Virus record (IMG/VR): IMGVR_UViG_3300023179_000039 | Location: 45,660 to 109,659 of that record | Direction: 5' to 3' (one strand) | Source of the DNA: a virus | Length of the DNA stretch: 64,000 bases | Shown: positions 18,523-28,693 of the stretch, in pieces | Layout of the letters: every line of letters starts with the position of its first letter | Position numbering within the stretch: position 1 is the stretch's first letter | Made by a program: the position numbers and the translations under genes | The notes under the pieces: generated by a model | Databases searched by the model: none | Told to the model about the DNA's origin: nothing | Seen by the model: the letters and a program-made list of their open reading frames with translations, nothing else

Positions 18523-20445
18523 ATGAATGATGATGGGGTATCTGCTATACTCAATAATAGTGCTGCTATACAACAACAGCTAACTACAATTCTAGCACTC
18601 TTACAAAAGAAAAAAGATGTAGATGGTAATTTTAAACCTGAAGAATTAAAAAATCTTCAAGAAATGCTTTTTCCAGAGCAAAAAAACGATAGAACAGCTT
18701 TTCGCCGTTTAAAGCAAAAACAAAAATCACTTCAAGGTATTCCTGTATCTTTAGACTCTATTTCTCCTGAAGGTAAGAGAGATATTAAGAAGGCTTTTAG
18801 TAACTTATTTTCGTTTAAAATGGAGACAAAAAAACCTGATGAAAAAAGCAGCCCTTGGGCTAAATTATTCTTTGTTATTGCGTTTGTTGTTGGATTTATA
18901 ATTGGTGCTATTCAACAAGTTTTTAAAGATATAAAGTTTTTATTCAGTCTCTTAAAGGGTAAGCTTGCCGGGCTCTTAAAAATGCTAGGCGAAACTAAAA
19001 TTGGTTCTGCTATAAGAGGCCTTTTTAGAGGTGTAAAACTAAAGTTTTTAAATGCTATAAGACAATTAAAAAATACGTCTATAGTAAAATCAATAAGCGG
19101 TTTTTTTAAAGAGCTTAAAGTAGCTCTTAAATCAAAATTTACTAAAATTATTGAAATAAGTAAAAATGCATTAGGTACAGTGGGTAAAAGAATAGGTTCT
19201 ATTTTTAGTAGCGTTAAAAAGGTCATTTCTAAAATAGGCAATTTCTTTAAACCTATTACGAGCTTTTTAAGTAAGTTTAAATCTGTTGGTAAAATTACAA
19301 GTGGTCCCGGCAAACTTATAAAAGGATTTTTAGGCTTTTTTGGTAAAATATCTAAATTTTTTAAACTCGGATTAAAGGTCGGCAAACTTTTTGGTAGGCT
19401 TTTAGGACCATTATTTGCAATTTTTGAGGTGTTTACTGGAATATTTAAAGCATTTACAGATGATAAGCTTACTGATAAATCTTTTATGCAAAAGCTTATT
19501 ACCGGTATTCTAGGCGGTCTAGGAAGCTTTTTTGATTTATTCTCAATTTTCGGTTTGGAATTTTTTAATTTTGATGAAATTAGAGATAGAATAGAAAAAA
19601 TATTTAAACCGTTTAGAGAAGGTAAATGGCTAGAAGGTTTAGGGCAAATTATAAATCAAGTTGTTTCGTGGTTTTTAGCAGTACCTGGTAAAATAGTTGG
19701 CTGGGTTGTAGGCTTCTTTAATAAAGACTTAGGTAAAAAAATAACCGAATATTATCGTAAATTTGATTATTTTGAATGGTTAAAAGGTGTTTTTGCTACT
19801 TTAATGAAGTGGGTAAAAAAATTCGCACACTTTTTTGTTAGTATAAAAGATAAAGTAATAGAAATTTATGATAAAATAAAAGGGTTTTCGTCTACTGTGT
19901 TTGATAAAATAACAAGCTTTATTCAAAAGCTCGTTGATTCGATAGTAAGTATTTTTAGTTTCGGTAAAATTAAAAATTGGATTAAGGAGAAATTAGGATT
20001 TGGTGAAAATAAGCAAGAAGAAACTGGTACCAAGCCTAAGCCTACCGGTGATTTTATTGAAACATCGGAAAGAACATTAACCTCTGGTAGAGGAGCTGTT
20101 AGCTTTGATAAGAATGATGAAATTTTAGCTATGAAAGAAGGCGGACCTATTTCTAATATTTTAAGACGCGCAAGCGACGAAACCTCTGCATCTATAAACA
20201 ATCTTACATCTACCGTAAAGCAAATTAACGATGCTTTTGCAAAATTCGTTAAAGCAGCTACCACTATGCAGCAAAACGAATTAAAATTAATGGCTGAAAA
20301 TATTAACCTTTTAAAAGATATTAGAGAAAAGAAAAATGATTCTAGTGTAATAGTACAAAACAACAACAATAGTAGCATTTTTAATGAAAAAGTAGCTTCT
20401 AATTTAGATTTTAGACGCTCAATGCTTGCTAAAGGAGCATTTTAA
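18523..20445 (+). CDS. Putative tape-measure-like protein
   Basis: Position after hub chaperones; long Lys/Phe/Gly amphipathic helices and a hydrophobic segment. Confidence 0.55.
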   Translation: MNDDGVSAILNNSAAIQQQLTTILALLQKKKDVDGNFKPEELKNLQEMLFPEQKNDRTAFRRLKQKQKSLQGIPVSLDSISPEGKRDIKKAFSNLFSFKMETKKPDEKSSPWAKLFFVIAFVVGFIIGAIQQVFKDIKFLFSLLKGKLAGLLKMLGETKIGSAIRGLFRGVKLKFLNAIRQLKNTSIVKSISGFFKELKVALKSKFTKIIEISKNALGTVGKRIGSIFSSVKKVISKIGNFFKPITSFLSKFKSVGKITSGPGKLIKGFLGFFGKISKFFKLGLKVGKLFGRLLGPLFAIFEVFTGIFKAFTDDKLTDKSFMQKLITGILGGLGSFFDLFSIFGLEFFNFDEIRDRIEKIFKPFREGKWLEGLGQIINQVVSWFLAVPGKIVGWVVGFFNKDLGKKITEYYRKFDYFEWLKGVFATLMKWVKKFAHFFVSIKDKVIEIYDKIKGFSSTVFDKITSFIQKLVDSIVSIFSFGKIKNWIKEKLGFGENKQEETGTKPKPTGDFIETSERTLTSGRGAVSFDKNDEILAMKEGGPISNILRRASDETSASINNLTSTVKQINDAFAKFVKAATTMQQNELKLMAENINLLKDIREKKNDSSVIVQNNNNSSIFNEKVASNLDFRRSMLAKGAF

Positions 20446-20457
20446 TAAGTAAACATT

Positions 20458-21741
20458 ATGGATCAGCTTTTTTCAATTAGTAGGACGCGTTCTTTTTCTG
20501 ATTTTAAGCAAGATAATACTGTTGACGTTGAACCACCAATTTTAGTTGCTCCGCAGAATACGCCTCTTGGTTCTGGCATAGGACAGAGTACTGCAACACC
20601 TTTAGGCGGTGTTGTTGATGTGGTTAGTGGGTTTTACTGGACAAGCTCTAAACTTAATTCTGCAAGAAAAGAAGTACCACGTATTATTTTATCAGAAAAG
20701 AAATTAAAGGCTAACGCGTTGATATCACAGTTAAAATACTCCTTTGGCGCGTCGCGCAATAATGTAAAAGGCATTGTTAACAACTTACCTGATAATCTTG
20801 CAAACCCTCTTCAAAAATGGGTTTCAAAAGCTACAGAAGCTGCAGGCGGTACAGAATTAGGTCAAGCTGCTACTGACGCATACAATCAAGCTGATTACAT
20901 GCAGGATAATAATGATATATACAAAACTAACCCTTATTTAATACCATATCAAAACTTATATATCACCGAGCCTACAGGGTGGGAATTTATTTTACCATAC
21001 TTCGATAATTACAACAACTCTGCACTAAATGCTTTCTCAAACGATATGGGCGGCAGCACAGGACTTAGCTTTCTTCAACAAGCAAGAGATATTGCAACTG
21101 ACATTGCTGAAATAACTAGTGTATTAAGATCACCAACACAAATTACGTTCGTAGAAAAAGCCAAATTTTACAATTACCCATCAGAAGGTGAAGAATTTAC
21201 TTTCGGTTTTCCTCTTATTAATACAGGCGCTGCCACTTTTAATGATGTAGTTAGAAATTGGCAATTATTATTCCTATTATTGTATAATAATAAGCCGTCT
21301 AGAAGAAATGTTTCTGTTGTTGATCCGCCTGTACTTTATCAAGTTGAAATACCTGGAGTAAAATTTCTACCGTTTTGCTACATATCTAATATAGCAGTCG
21401 ACTTTCAAGGGTCTAGAAGAGAAATTAATTTTAATCTATCTACTACAGAAAATTTAAATGTAGATGCTTCTGTTTCATCAATAGGGCCTACTAGAAAAGA
21501 TGAAGTATTACCTGAAAATACTGTTAGATTTTTTAATAATCAATCTTCCACAAAAAATGTAAGCACCATAATACCTGACGCTTACAGTGTAAGAATAACT
21601 ATTAAAAGTTTATTGCCAGAGACTAAAAACTTTATGTATACTGTTCTCAATAAATCAAATCTTGTTTCGACAAATACACTAGGAGCGGGTGTAGAAGGTA
21701 CTTTAAACCCTATAGTTAACGCTAATTTGCCACAAGGCTAA
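20458..21741 (+). CDS. Baseplate tail-tube cap (gp48-like)
   Basis: EFTFGFPL, PP.LYQVEIPG, CYISNI.VDF motifs; precedes gp53-like gene. Confidence 0.5.
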   Translation: MDQLFSISRTRSFSDFKQDNTVDVEPPILVAPQNTPLGSGIGQSTATPLGGVVDVVSGFYWTSSKLNSARKEVPRIILSEKKLKANALISQLKYSFGASRNNVKGIVNNLPDNLANPLQKWVSKATEAAGGTELGQAATDAYNQADYMQDNNDIYKTNPYLIPYQNLYITEPTGWEFILPYFDNYNNSALNAFSNDMGGSTGLSFLQQARDIATDIAEITSVLRSPTQITFVEKAKFYNYPSEGEEFTFGFPLINTGAATFNDVVRNWQLLFLLLYNNKPSRRNVSVVDPPVLYQVEIPGVKFLPFCYISNIAVDFQGSRREINFNLSTTENLNVDASVSSIGPTRKDEVLPENTVRFFNNQSSTKNVSTIIPDAYSVRITIKSLLPETKNFMYTVLNKSNLVSTNTLGAGVEGTLNPIVNANLPQG

Positions 21742-21776
21742 CATAGTTAAATTAATATATTACAATAAGTAATATT

Positions 21777-22142
21777 ATGGACGGCGAATTTCAGAGCCAA
21801 ATTGCTGGATTACCCGGTTTAAAGAGTTTTAGATATGAAAATATTTTTAAACTATACAAAACCGACAACGATCAGTATTATTATAACCTATTACAATCAG
21901 TTTTTTTGCCGGAAAAAATAAGCGAAAATTACATTTACTATCAATTAATTACCACTAAAATGCCTTGGACGATTGTAAGCTTTAATGCTTATAAAACCAT
22001 AGAATTGTGGTGGCTTATTTGTTTAACTAATAAGATTTATAATCCCGTTATTTTTCCCGAAGAAAATACATTAGTAAAAATTATTAAACCGCCCTTTGTT
22101 TCTGCAGTTATTAATGAAATAAGCAATTCTATAAAGAAATAA
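21777..22142 (+). CDS. Baseplate wedge protein (gp53-like, LysM-type)
   Basis: SFNAYKTIELWWLICLTNKIYNP motif. Confidence 0.75.
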   Translation: MDGEFQSQIAGLPGLKSFRYENIFKLYKTDNDQYYYNLLQSVFLPEKISENYIYYQLITTKMPWTIVSFNAYKTIELWWLICLTNKIYNPVIFPEENTLVKIIKPPFVSAVINEISNSIKK

Positions 22143-22143
22143 T

Positions 22144-23745
22144 ATGGCCACGAGTATTATAACTACCGGTACTAATAACAATGCTAATGACACATCTAAC
22201 CGCTTTAAAACGGTTATTAATAATAACCCATACAAGTTTAATATAGGGTTAGCAACCTCTGATGGTAGATATCAAGAACTAAGAGTAGGTGCTATTAACA
22301 ATCTAGTCATTCAAGATACTTTTTTAAATTTTTACACAACCGGATATATCATTATTAATAATACTTTTGATGCTGTTGAAAGATTATCTGAGTTTGAAAA
22401 TTCAAAAAACACACAGACAACAAATAATAACTCTTCTGTTCAAGGATATCTGATGAGGGGCGATGCAAGAGATGTGTTAATTGTCGATATTATGCCTGAT
22501 TTATCTGAAAATGCAAATTACGGTAACGTAAAAGATTCTAATGCCGACAAAGCTTTTAAAATGTCATATATTTTTGCCATATACAATACAGAAGAAATAT
22601 TAGGTAATTCACCAGGACAAAAATTTAAAAAAATGTATTTTTGGGATATGTATTACGAGCTTTTAAGAGAAAAAAATTCTTATTTTTCCACAGCAAATTC
22701 TATTAATAGTCAACAGATATCTTCTTTCGACGATAATGAAAGAGGAGTATTTACTGGAGATGCAGTAAAAGCGTTTTTAACAGACTTTTTTAAAGATGAT
22801 GATGGATGGCCCGTTAAGATAGGTAATACTTTTGATCAAGGATCTACTAAAATATTTTTTTCAGCTCCTGCTAGATACAAAGGTATAGATTGCTTGCACT
22901 ATCTACTCGATAGACACACATCTAGTGTTAAAAATAGTTATGATAAAGCGTTTTTGAGAATTGATAGAAGTGATAGTACGTTTAATCTAGAGAGTTTAAA
23001 TGATATTTTTAAAAACGCATTAAACAACTCGTCAAACAATCAAGCTGTAATTGGATCTAGTTATCTAGAAACGTTTAAATTAGGTGCTTATTCACAGACA
23101 AGGGAAACGTCTTATGAAATAGAGAGTGTAAGCTTTACTCCTTTAAACGCTTTGTTCATGGACAAGTATGGAACAATTAACAATTTTACTGTAGACCCTA
23201 TGCCTGGTGAATTCACACAGGAATTTATTGCTCCTGTATTAGTTCACAGTTACAGTCATAATGAAAAGCTATTTCAAATTGATCAAGAAAGAAATTCTAT
23301 GAATGCTTCACTTAGCGTTTACAAAACAAATTACGTAGACATATTTAAAAATGCAGGTCAAAATACAGGTGAAATTTTTGAAAATTTATTTCCTGGACAA
23401 TATAGGTTAACTAATAAAAATGTTAAAAACGTGTTTTCTATCATAAGTGATGATCCCGATCAACGCCTTTCTCAAGGTAGAAATAAAGTACTATTAAATT
23501 CAGTATTTTTTAATAATACGGTAAATTTTAGAGTTCCTGGTGCTACGTTTAGACAGTCAGGTCAATTTATGGGATTAACGTTTGACGGTGCAGGAATTAA
23601 GAGTGAATTTAATAAAAAACTGCTTGGTGTATATTTTATTATTGATGTTAAACATATTTTTACTGGAAATGAATATTTTAATGAATTAAAGTGCGTAAAA
23701 ACATATAACAGCGATAATCTATTATTGAACCCGGATAGCAAATAA
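22144..23745 (+). CDS. Baseplate hub protein (gp27-like)
   Basis: VPG...RQSG...GVYFIIDVKHIF C-terminal hub signature. Confidence 0.6.
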   Translation: MATSIITTGTNNNANDTSNRFKTVINNNPYKFNIGLATSDGRYQELRVGAINNLVIQDTFLNFYTTGYIIINNTFDAVERLSEFENSKNTQTTNNNSSVQGYLMRGDARDVLIVDIMPDLSENANYGNVKDSNADKAFKMSYIFAIYNTEEILGNSPGQKFKKMYFWDMYYELLREKNSYFSTANSINSQQISSFDDNERGVFTGDAVKAFLTDFFKDDDGWPVKIGNTFDQGSTKIFFSAPARYKGIDCLHYLLDRHTSSVKNSYDKAFLRIDRSDSTFNLESLNDIFKNALNNSSNNQAVIGSSYLETFKLGAYSQTRETSYEIESVSFTPLNALFMDKYGTINNFTVDPMPGEFTQEFIAPVLVHSYSHNEKLFQIDQERNSMNASLSVYKTNYVDIFKNAGQNTGEIFENLFPGQYRLTNKNVKNVFSIISDDPDQRLSQGRNKVLLNSVFFNNTVNFRVPGATFRQSGQFMGLTFDGAGIKSEFNKKLLGVYFIIDVKHIFTGNEYFNELKCVKTYNSDNLLLNPDSK

Positions 23746-26132
23746 TGAATACAAATACAAGCTCATTAACTAATAAGATATTGCTTAGCAATTTAATCTC
23801 TTATGATAATACTAGAAAATACACTACTTTTTATCAAGTTTTAGGCAGTCAAGAACCCACAGAACAGGGGCTAGGAATTGCATCAAGTGCAGGGTTTCAA
23901 CAATCCGGTACTGCAGGCGGAATCTATGGCTCAGCATTTAGCGGCTATTCCACTACTATACCAAGCTCTAAACGTGAAGATGCTGATGCTATCTACAATA
24001 CTTTAAGAGAAAAAATAGCAGTTTCGTCTCTTAATGGGTATATACCTGCAGATGGCGAAAAATATGGTATTAACGGTACGCCTGAATCATGGGCAAACTT
24101 TTTAACTAACCTTGCCTACATAGAATCCGGATTTAAAACTACTGCTGTTGGAGATGTAGGTAGATTTGTAGGTGGTTCGAACGGTCTTTTTCAATTATCA
24201 CCCAACGATGCATTGAATTACAAGATTCAAAGCACACCGTTTACTATTGCACAATTACAAGACCCTAACTTTAACATGGATGTCACAGTAAAAATAGTTA
24301 CTGATTTAACTAAAAAGTCTGGTGTTATTGGATTAGGAGGGCAGGGAATGGCTAGATATTGGGGACCCATTCAGAGAGGATGGACTCCTTCTAGAGACGC
24401 AATTTACGGTGGATTTAGCCCAGCTGCAAGTAAAATTGCGTCTGATAAAATTGCAAATTCAGCCCAAGTAGCATGGGAATATTTAAAAATGAAGGCTTCA
24501 CCTGATCCTTTCACCGGTCACCTTAGTTTTTATGATCAATATGTAAATAATTTTGCGCAAACGCTAGATAATTATCAGCGAGAAGAATACGGTATAGGGC
24601 TTTTTAATTCCACACCAAAATATTTTCAAGATAGCTTAACTGAAATGCTATTTCCTACAGATAAATACCAATCATCTTTTGATACGTTCATAGGACCTGT
24701 GAGTGAAACAGTAGGTTTTTTTGCAACTAATACCTATGGAAAATATACTGACAGTGTGGCGCCTTATTTTGATATACCCTCAATTTCTTTTGCTACAGAT
24801 GCTTTTAGTATAGACCCCAAAAAATATACTATAGGTTTCGGTGGTCCTGATTATTTAAATCCTAGCGATTTAACAAAAACTCCACAATACGTTTTTGATA
24901 GTATAGGCACTAGTTCAGAAATTTTAAAAGGCACTGAAAATGTTAATTTAAAAAATTTCTTAAAACCCGACGATAACGCAAATGTCTATGCAGGTGCTGC
25001 GCAAGACCAAGCAACCTCTTTAGTCGGTACATCTGATATACCCAGCTTTATATCATTTAATGAAAATAAAGAAGTTTATTTAAATGAGTTTAAAAGTCTA
25101 TTTCCAACTACGTTTGACTACATTTCTTATTTTGGCACTATAAATGATACAGTCGGTTACAATCCTCGTGACTATAGAGGTAAAAATTTAGAAAAAATGA
25201 ATGATTTTTATTTTGATATTAATGTAGAAGGTAAAATTATATCAGTAGATTTGCTACAGAAAAAATACAAACACTCTATCAGTAGAAGAAGTATTAAAAA
25301 ATCATTATGTCTAAATACAGGATGTGGTGATAAAGACAATAAAAAACAAGAACAAGCAACAACAGCTTCTATAAACAAGGAATTTTTAGCACAAAACTCT
25401 AACCCCACTTCAACTAGTACAGCAGACACTGCGGTAACCACACCTACAACCCTTGCAGTCAGTAGAGCATCAGCATTAAGATCTGCAAATAATACCGCTT
25501 CTAATAAATCTAGTGGTCCTATTTTTAACTCTTTTTCAGACAAAGCTGTATCCACATTAGAACAAGCAAATCAATTTATGTCTATACCGCAGCAACAAGT
25601 TGCAGAGCTATCTTATCAAGTAAGTAAGATAGGTATAGGTAATCTGCCTGTAGCAGGGCCTTTACTTATGAGCCCAATTCAAGACTTATTTGGTTCTGTT
25701 TCACAGCTAGCTGCGTTTCCTCAACAAGCACTAACTAAGTTTCCTAGTGTATTACCATCTATAAACCCAGGATCATTCCCTCAAATAGCTGGTTTAATGT
25801 TAAATACTAATTGGGAAAATCTTGATGTAAATTCAGCTATAGGTGTTGCGCAGCAAATTAATAAAATAGTATGCGATTTCAAATTACCAATTATAGGTAA
25901 AATAGACTTTAACAATATTACAGATATTAAAATGGATGATTTCGGTGATGAATTTGAAAAGATTTTCCAAGGATTCCAAAAGAAGTTTGAAAAAGCATTT
26001 AAGGACTTACAGAAAAAGATTAAAAATATTATTCCTAACTTTATTAAAAACATTAAAGCGCTGTTTAAGAGTATATTTGAATGTCAAGATAAACCAAACA
26101 TTAAGAATTCAACAAAGAAGACGTCTAGTTAA
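23745..26132 (+). CDS. Baseplate-associated protein with lytic transglycosylase (SLT/lysozyme-like) domain
   Basis: LAYIESGF...GLFQL...L.DP.FN...YWGP; TAATG-coupled to hub gene. Confidence 0.7.
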   Translation: MNTNTSSLTNKILLSNLISYDNTRKYTTFYQVLGSQEPTEQGLGIASSAGFQQSGTAGGIYGSAFSGYSTTIPSSKREDADAIYNTLREKIAVSSLNGYIPADGEKYGINGTPESWANFLTNLAYIESGFKTTAVGDVGRFVGGSNGLFQLSPNDALNYKIQSTPFTIAQLQDPNFNMDVTVKIVTDLTKKSGVIGLGGQGMARYWGPIQRGWTPSRDAIYGGFSPAASKIASDKIANSAQVAWEYLKMKASPDPFTGHLSFYDQYVNNFAQTLDNYQREEYGIGLFNSTPKYFQDSLTEMLFPTDKYQSSFDTFIGPVSETVGFFATNTYGKYTDSVAPYFDIPSISFATDAFSIDPKKYTIGFGGPDYLNPSDLTKTPQYVFDSIGTSSEILKGTENVNLKNFLKPDDNANVYAGAAQDQATSLVGTSDIPSFISFNENKEVYLNEFKSLFPTTFDYISYFGTINDTVGYNPRDYRGKNLEKMNDFYFDINVEGKIISVDLLQKKYKHSISRRSIKKSLCLNTGCGDKDNKKQEQATTASINKEFLAQNSNPTSTSTADTAVTTPTTLAVSRASALRSANNTASNKSSGPIFNSFSDKAVSTLEQANQFMSIPQQQVAELSYQVSKIGIGNLPVAGPLLMSPIQDLFGSVSQLAAFPQQALTKFPSVLPSINPGSFPQIAGLMLNTNWENLDVNSAIGVAQQINKIVCDFKLPIIGKIDFNNITDIKMDDFGDEFEKIFQGFQKKFEKAFKDLQKKIKNIIPNFIKNIKALFKSIFECQDKPNIKNSTKKTSS

Positions 26133-26595
26133 CATCAATAATTTCAGAATCTATTATTTTTGCACTGTTATTTGCACTGTCTATTAACATTTTAAACACT
26201 TGTTCTCTCGTAGCGAGTAATTTGGTAGCATTATCTGCTTGTTTAAGTTCTTTTCTAGATTCAATATCCATTTCTTTTGCTTTAATAACAGTTTGATTAC
26301 GCTTATCCGTTACAATAATCTTGTTTAATGTTTCTATAGCTGTGGCAGTAGCAGCTATTAACTCCGATAAAGAGCTTACGTCCTTATTTTCAGGTGCTGA
26401 AGATATGTAATCCTTTACATTTGACATTACTTCTATGCTTTCTTCTACAAGTCTACCAGCTTTTTCAATAACAAATTTTTCCATATTGTCTTTTGTTAGT
26501 GGTTCAGGTTGTTTCTTTACTTTTTCAGCTTCTTTGTTAGCTGTTTGAAGTTGTTCTAGTAAATCACCTACCATTTCGTTAAGTTCTTCACTCAT
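26125..26595 (-). CDS. Putative terminase small subunit (gp16-like)
   Basis: Helical protein, SAP..DV..LSELI......ETLNK...ATRE; TATAAATA-N5-ATG supports start at 26595 rather than 26613. Confidence 0.45.
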   Translation of the reverse strand: MSEELNEMVGDLLEQLQTANKEAEKVKKQPEPLTKDNMEKFVIEKAGRLVEESIEVMSNVKDYISSAPENKDVSSLSELIAATATAIETLNKIIVTDKRNQTVIKAKEMDIESRKELKQADNATKLLATREQVFKMLIDSANNSAKIIDSEIIDVN

Positions 26596-26600
26596 AATAA

Positions 26601-26608
26601 TATTTATA
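26601..26608 (-). promoter_or_regulatory. T4-like late promoter
   Basis: Full TATAAATA-N5-ATG. Confidence 0.7.
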
Positions 26609-26613
26609 CCCAA

Positions 26614-26641
26614 TTGATATTTTACAATTGTATTATATAAT
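26614..26641 (+). promoter_or_regulatory. Sigma70-type promoter (dut-gp44)
   Basis: TTGATA-N16-TATAAT-N6-ATG. Confidence 0.8.
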
Positions 26642-26647
26642 AGGTTT

Positions 26648-27106
26648 ATGTATACTAATATTGATCCTAATTTACAGTTTTTGCCTGTTTTAAAGTTTGA
26701 AAAGACGCATGATTTAGCTAAACTACCTACTAAAAACCATGAATCAGATACCGGTTATGATGTCTATTCAGTAGAAGACAAAATCATACCTGCAAAAAGT
26801 AGTAATGTTGTCGGTGTAGGGCTAAAATTTGCGTTTATACCTGAAGGGTATTGGGTAAAAGTTGAAAGCCGTAGTGGTTTAGGGTTTAAGCATAGTATTT
26901 TAGCTCATCCTGGTATTATAGACTGCGGATACCGCGGTGATGCCGGTGTAAAACTATACAATTTGTCAGATAAAGACTACGAAATTAAAGCAGGTGATAG
27001 AATTGCACAATTTGTAATATATCTTAACATTTCTACGCCTTTAGAATGGGGTAAAGCAGAAGAATCTGAGAGAGGTGAAAAAGGATTCGGCTCTTCAGGT
27101 AAATAA
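26648..27106 (+). CDS. dut: Trimeric dUTPase
   Basis: GYD, RSGLG, GIIDCGYRG, GDRIAQ, RGEKGFGSSG motifs. Confidence 0.97.
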   Translation: MYTNIDPNLQFLPVLKFEKTHDLAKLPTKNHESDTGYDVYSVEDKIIPAKSSNVVGVGLKFAFIPEGYWVKVESRSGLGFKHSILAHPGIIDCGYRGDAGVKLYNLSDKDYEIKAGDRIAQFVIYLNISTPLEWGKAEESERGEKGFGSSGK

Positions 27107-28041
27107 TGAATTATAATTTTAATAATCTATGGGTTGAAAAGTATAGACCCAGTACTCTAGAAGATTTTATTATTACAAACGATAATAAAAACATTATTGA
27201 ATCTTTTAAAGTAAAGAAAGAGATACCAAATCTATTGTTTTTAGGTACTCCTGGGCTAGGTAAGACTACTCTTGCTAAGATTATAGTAAATGATATTTTA
27301 CAGAGCCAATATCTTTATATAAATGCCAGCGATGAAAACGGAATTGATACAATAAGAACAAAAGTCACAAGCTTTGCACAGACAAAAAGTCTAGACGGTA
27401 CAGTAAAGGTTATTATTTTAGATGAAACAGACGGGCTATCGATAGACGCGCAGCGTGCATTAAGAAATACCATGGAAGAGTTTGCTAAAATAACTCGGTT
27501 TATACTTACAGCTAATTACAAATACAGGGTTATACCAGCTTTGCAGAGTAGATGTCAGAGTATAGATTTAACTCCGCCTCTAGAAGGTGTAGTTAAAAGG
27601 TGCGGTCACATTTTAAAAGCAGAAAAAGTTCAAATTTCAAATGAAGTAAAGCCTCTATTACTAAATTTTATTAGATCTAATTATCCAGATCTTAGAAAAT
27701 GCATTAATGAGCTACAAAAATATTCATCTACAGGTACATTATTGTTAAAAGGCGATAATAATGAAATATTAAAGCTTATTTTTGATGAAATGACTAAAAA
27801 CAACACACTTCAGCTACGAAAAGCATTAATAGAAAACGAAAACCAATTTAATTCCGATTATGTTGTACTGCTTAGAAATCTTTTTAATTATGTAGACACT
27901 TTAGATATTAACTCTAACCTCAAGAAGCAGTATTTATTGACCATTTCTGAATATTTGTACAGAAGTAGTTTTGTAGTTGATCAAGAAATTAATTGTTATT
28001 CTTGCTTTTTAGGTCTTAGCAATATTAAGGCAAGTATTTAG
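27106..28041 (+). CDS. gp44: Clamp loader AAA+ subunit (gp44/RFC-like)
   Basis: WVEKYRP, GTPGLGKTT, INASDE, IILDETD, ALQSRC, DLRK.IN. Confidence 0.95.
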   Translation: MNYNFNNLWVEKYRPSTLEDFIITNDNKNIIESFKVKKEIPNLLFLGTPGLGKTTLAKIIVNDILQSQYLYINASDENGIDTIRTKVTSFAQTKSLDGTVKVIILDETDGLSIDAQRALRNTMEEFAKITRFILTANYKYRVIPALQSRCQSIDLTPPLEGVVKRCGHILKAEKVQISNEVKPLLLNFIRSNYPDLRKCINELQKYSSTGTLLLKGDNNEILKLIFDEMTKNNTLQLRKALIENENQFNSDYVVLLRNLFNYVDTLDINSNLKKQYLLTISEYLYRSSFVVDQEINCYSCFLGLSNIKASI

Positions 28042-28624
28042 CTGTATAGCTAGCGGGATCAGCTTGACCTACCGCCGGAGACGAAGGTATCTTTACATTG
28101 GTATTATTTAACTCTCTATCACCTTTTACTAATTTACCACCCACATCAGAAAGCTTTGTTTGTGCAGTAGAATAAAAAGGTACTTCCTGATTTTCATCTT
28201 TTAATTTCTTTGGCTTAATGTTTACTTTCTTAGAGGGGTCATCTTTCTTAAACACTTCAGGTACTTCAGGTAAATTAGGATAAGAACTCTTAGGTTCTAC
28301 AAGTCTTGAAGGTATAGTTACGAAATCCATATATCTTCCAGGTGCTATTTCAGATGTAATATCGAGATTTACCTCATCACTATTATAATCTGTATTACCT
28401 GCACCACTTACATTAGGTCTTACATTTTTAATCGCAGAAATTCTAAGATTTAACCCACTATTAATCATGCTTTTAATTTTTTCAATAGTATTAGTGCCTT
28501 TATCTTTAAACCAAGGGTCTCTCAATGCACCTTCTTTAAAAACAACAACGTCGCCAGCTAGAAATCCACCTAATGTATATCTTTGCATTGCAGATTCGTA
28601 TAGCTTGACAAAATTACGCTTCAT
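28025..28624 (-). CDS. Hypothetical late protein
   Basis: TAAATA-N6-ATG; N-terminus MKRNFVKLYES. Confidence 0.7.
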   Translation of the reverse strand: MKRNFVKLYESAMQRYTLGGFLAGDVVVFKEGALRDPWFKDKGTNTIEKIKSMINSGLNLRISAIKNVRPNVSGAGNTDYNSDEVNLDITSEIAPGRYMDFVTIPSRLVEPKSSYPNLPEVPEVFKKDDPSKKVNIKPKKLKDENQEVPFYSTAQTKLSDVGGKLVKGDRELNNTNVKIPSSPAVGQADPASYTAKYLP

Positions 28625-28630
28625 TTAAAT

Positions 28631-28688
28631 TATTTATTGTTTGGAGCTCATTAAAATCATTTTTAAAACACGAAATTTAACATAAATA
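28631..28688. promoter_or_regulatory. Divergent late promoters
   Basis: TAAATA on minus (28631-28636, N6) and plus (28683-28688, N5). Confidence 0.7.
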
Positions 28689-28693
28689 TATAT

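Noticed and set aside
18912-20378. Long antisense ORFs within the tape-measure candidate, and similar nested ORFs elsewhere
   Set aside because: Fully nested opposite well-supported genes, with no promoter motif and no recognisable protein features
26596-26613. ORF-track start at 26613
   Set aside because: The late motif lies within this stretch and points to the ATG at 26595
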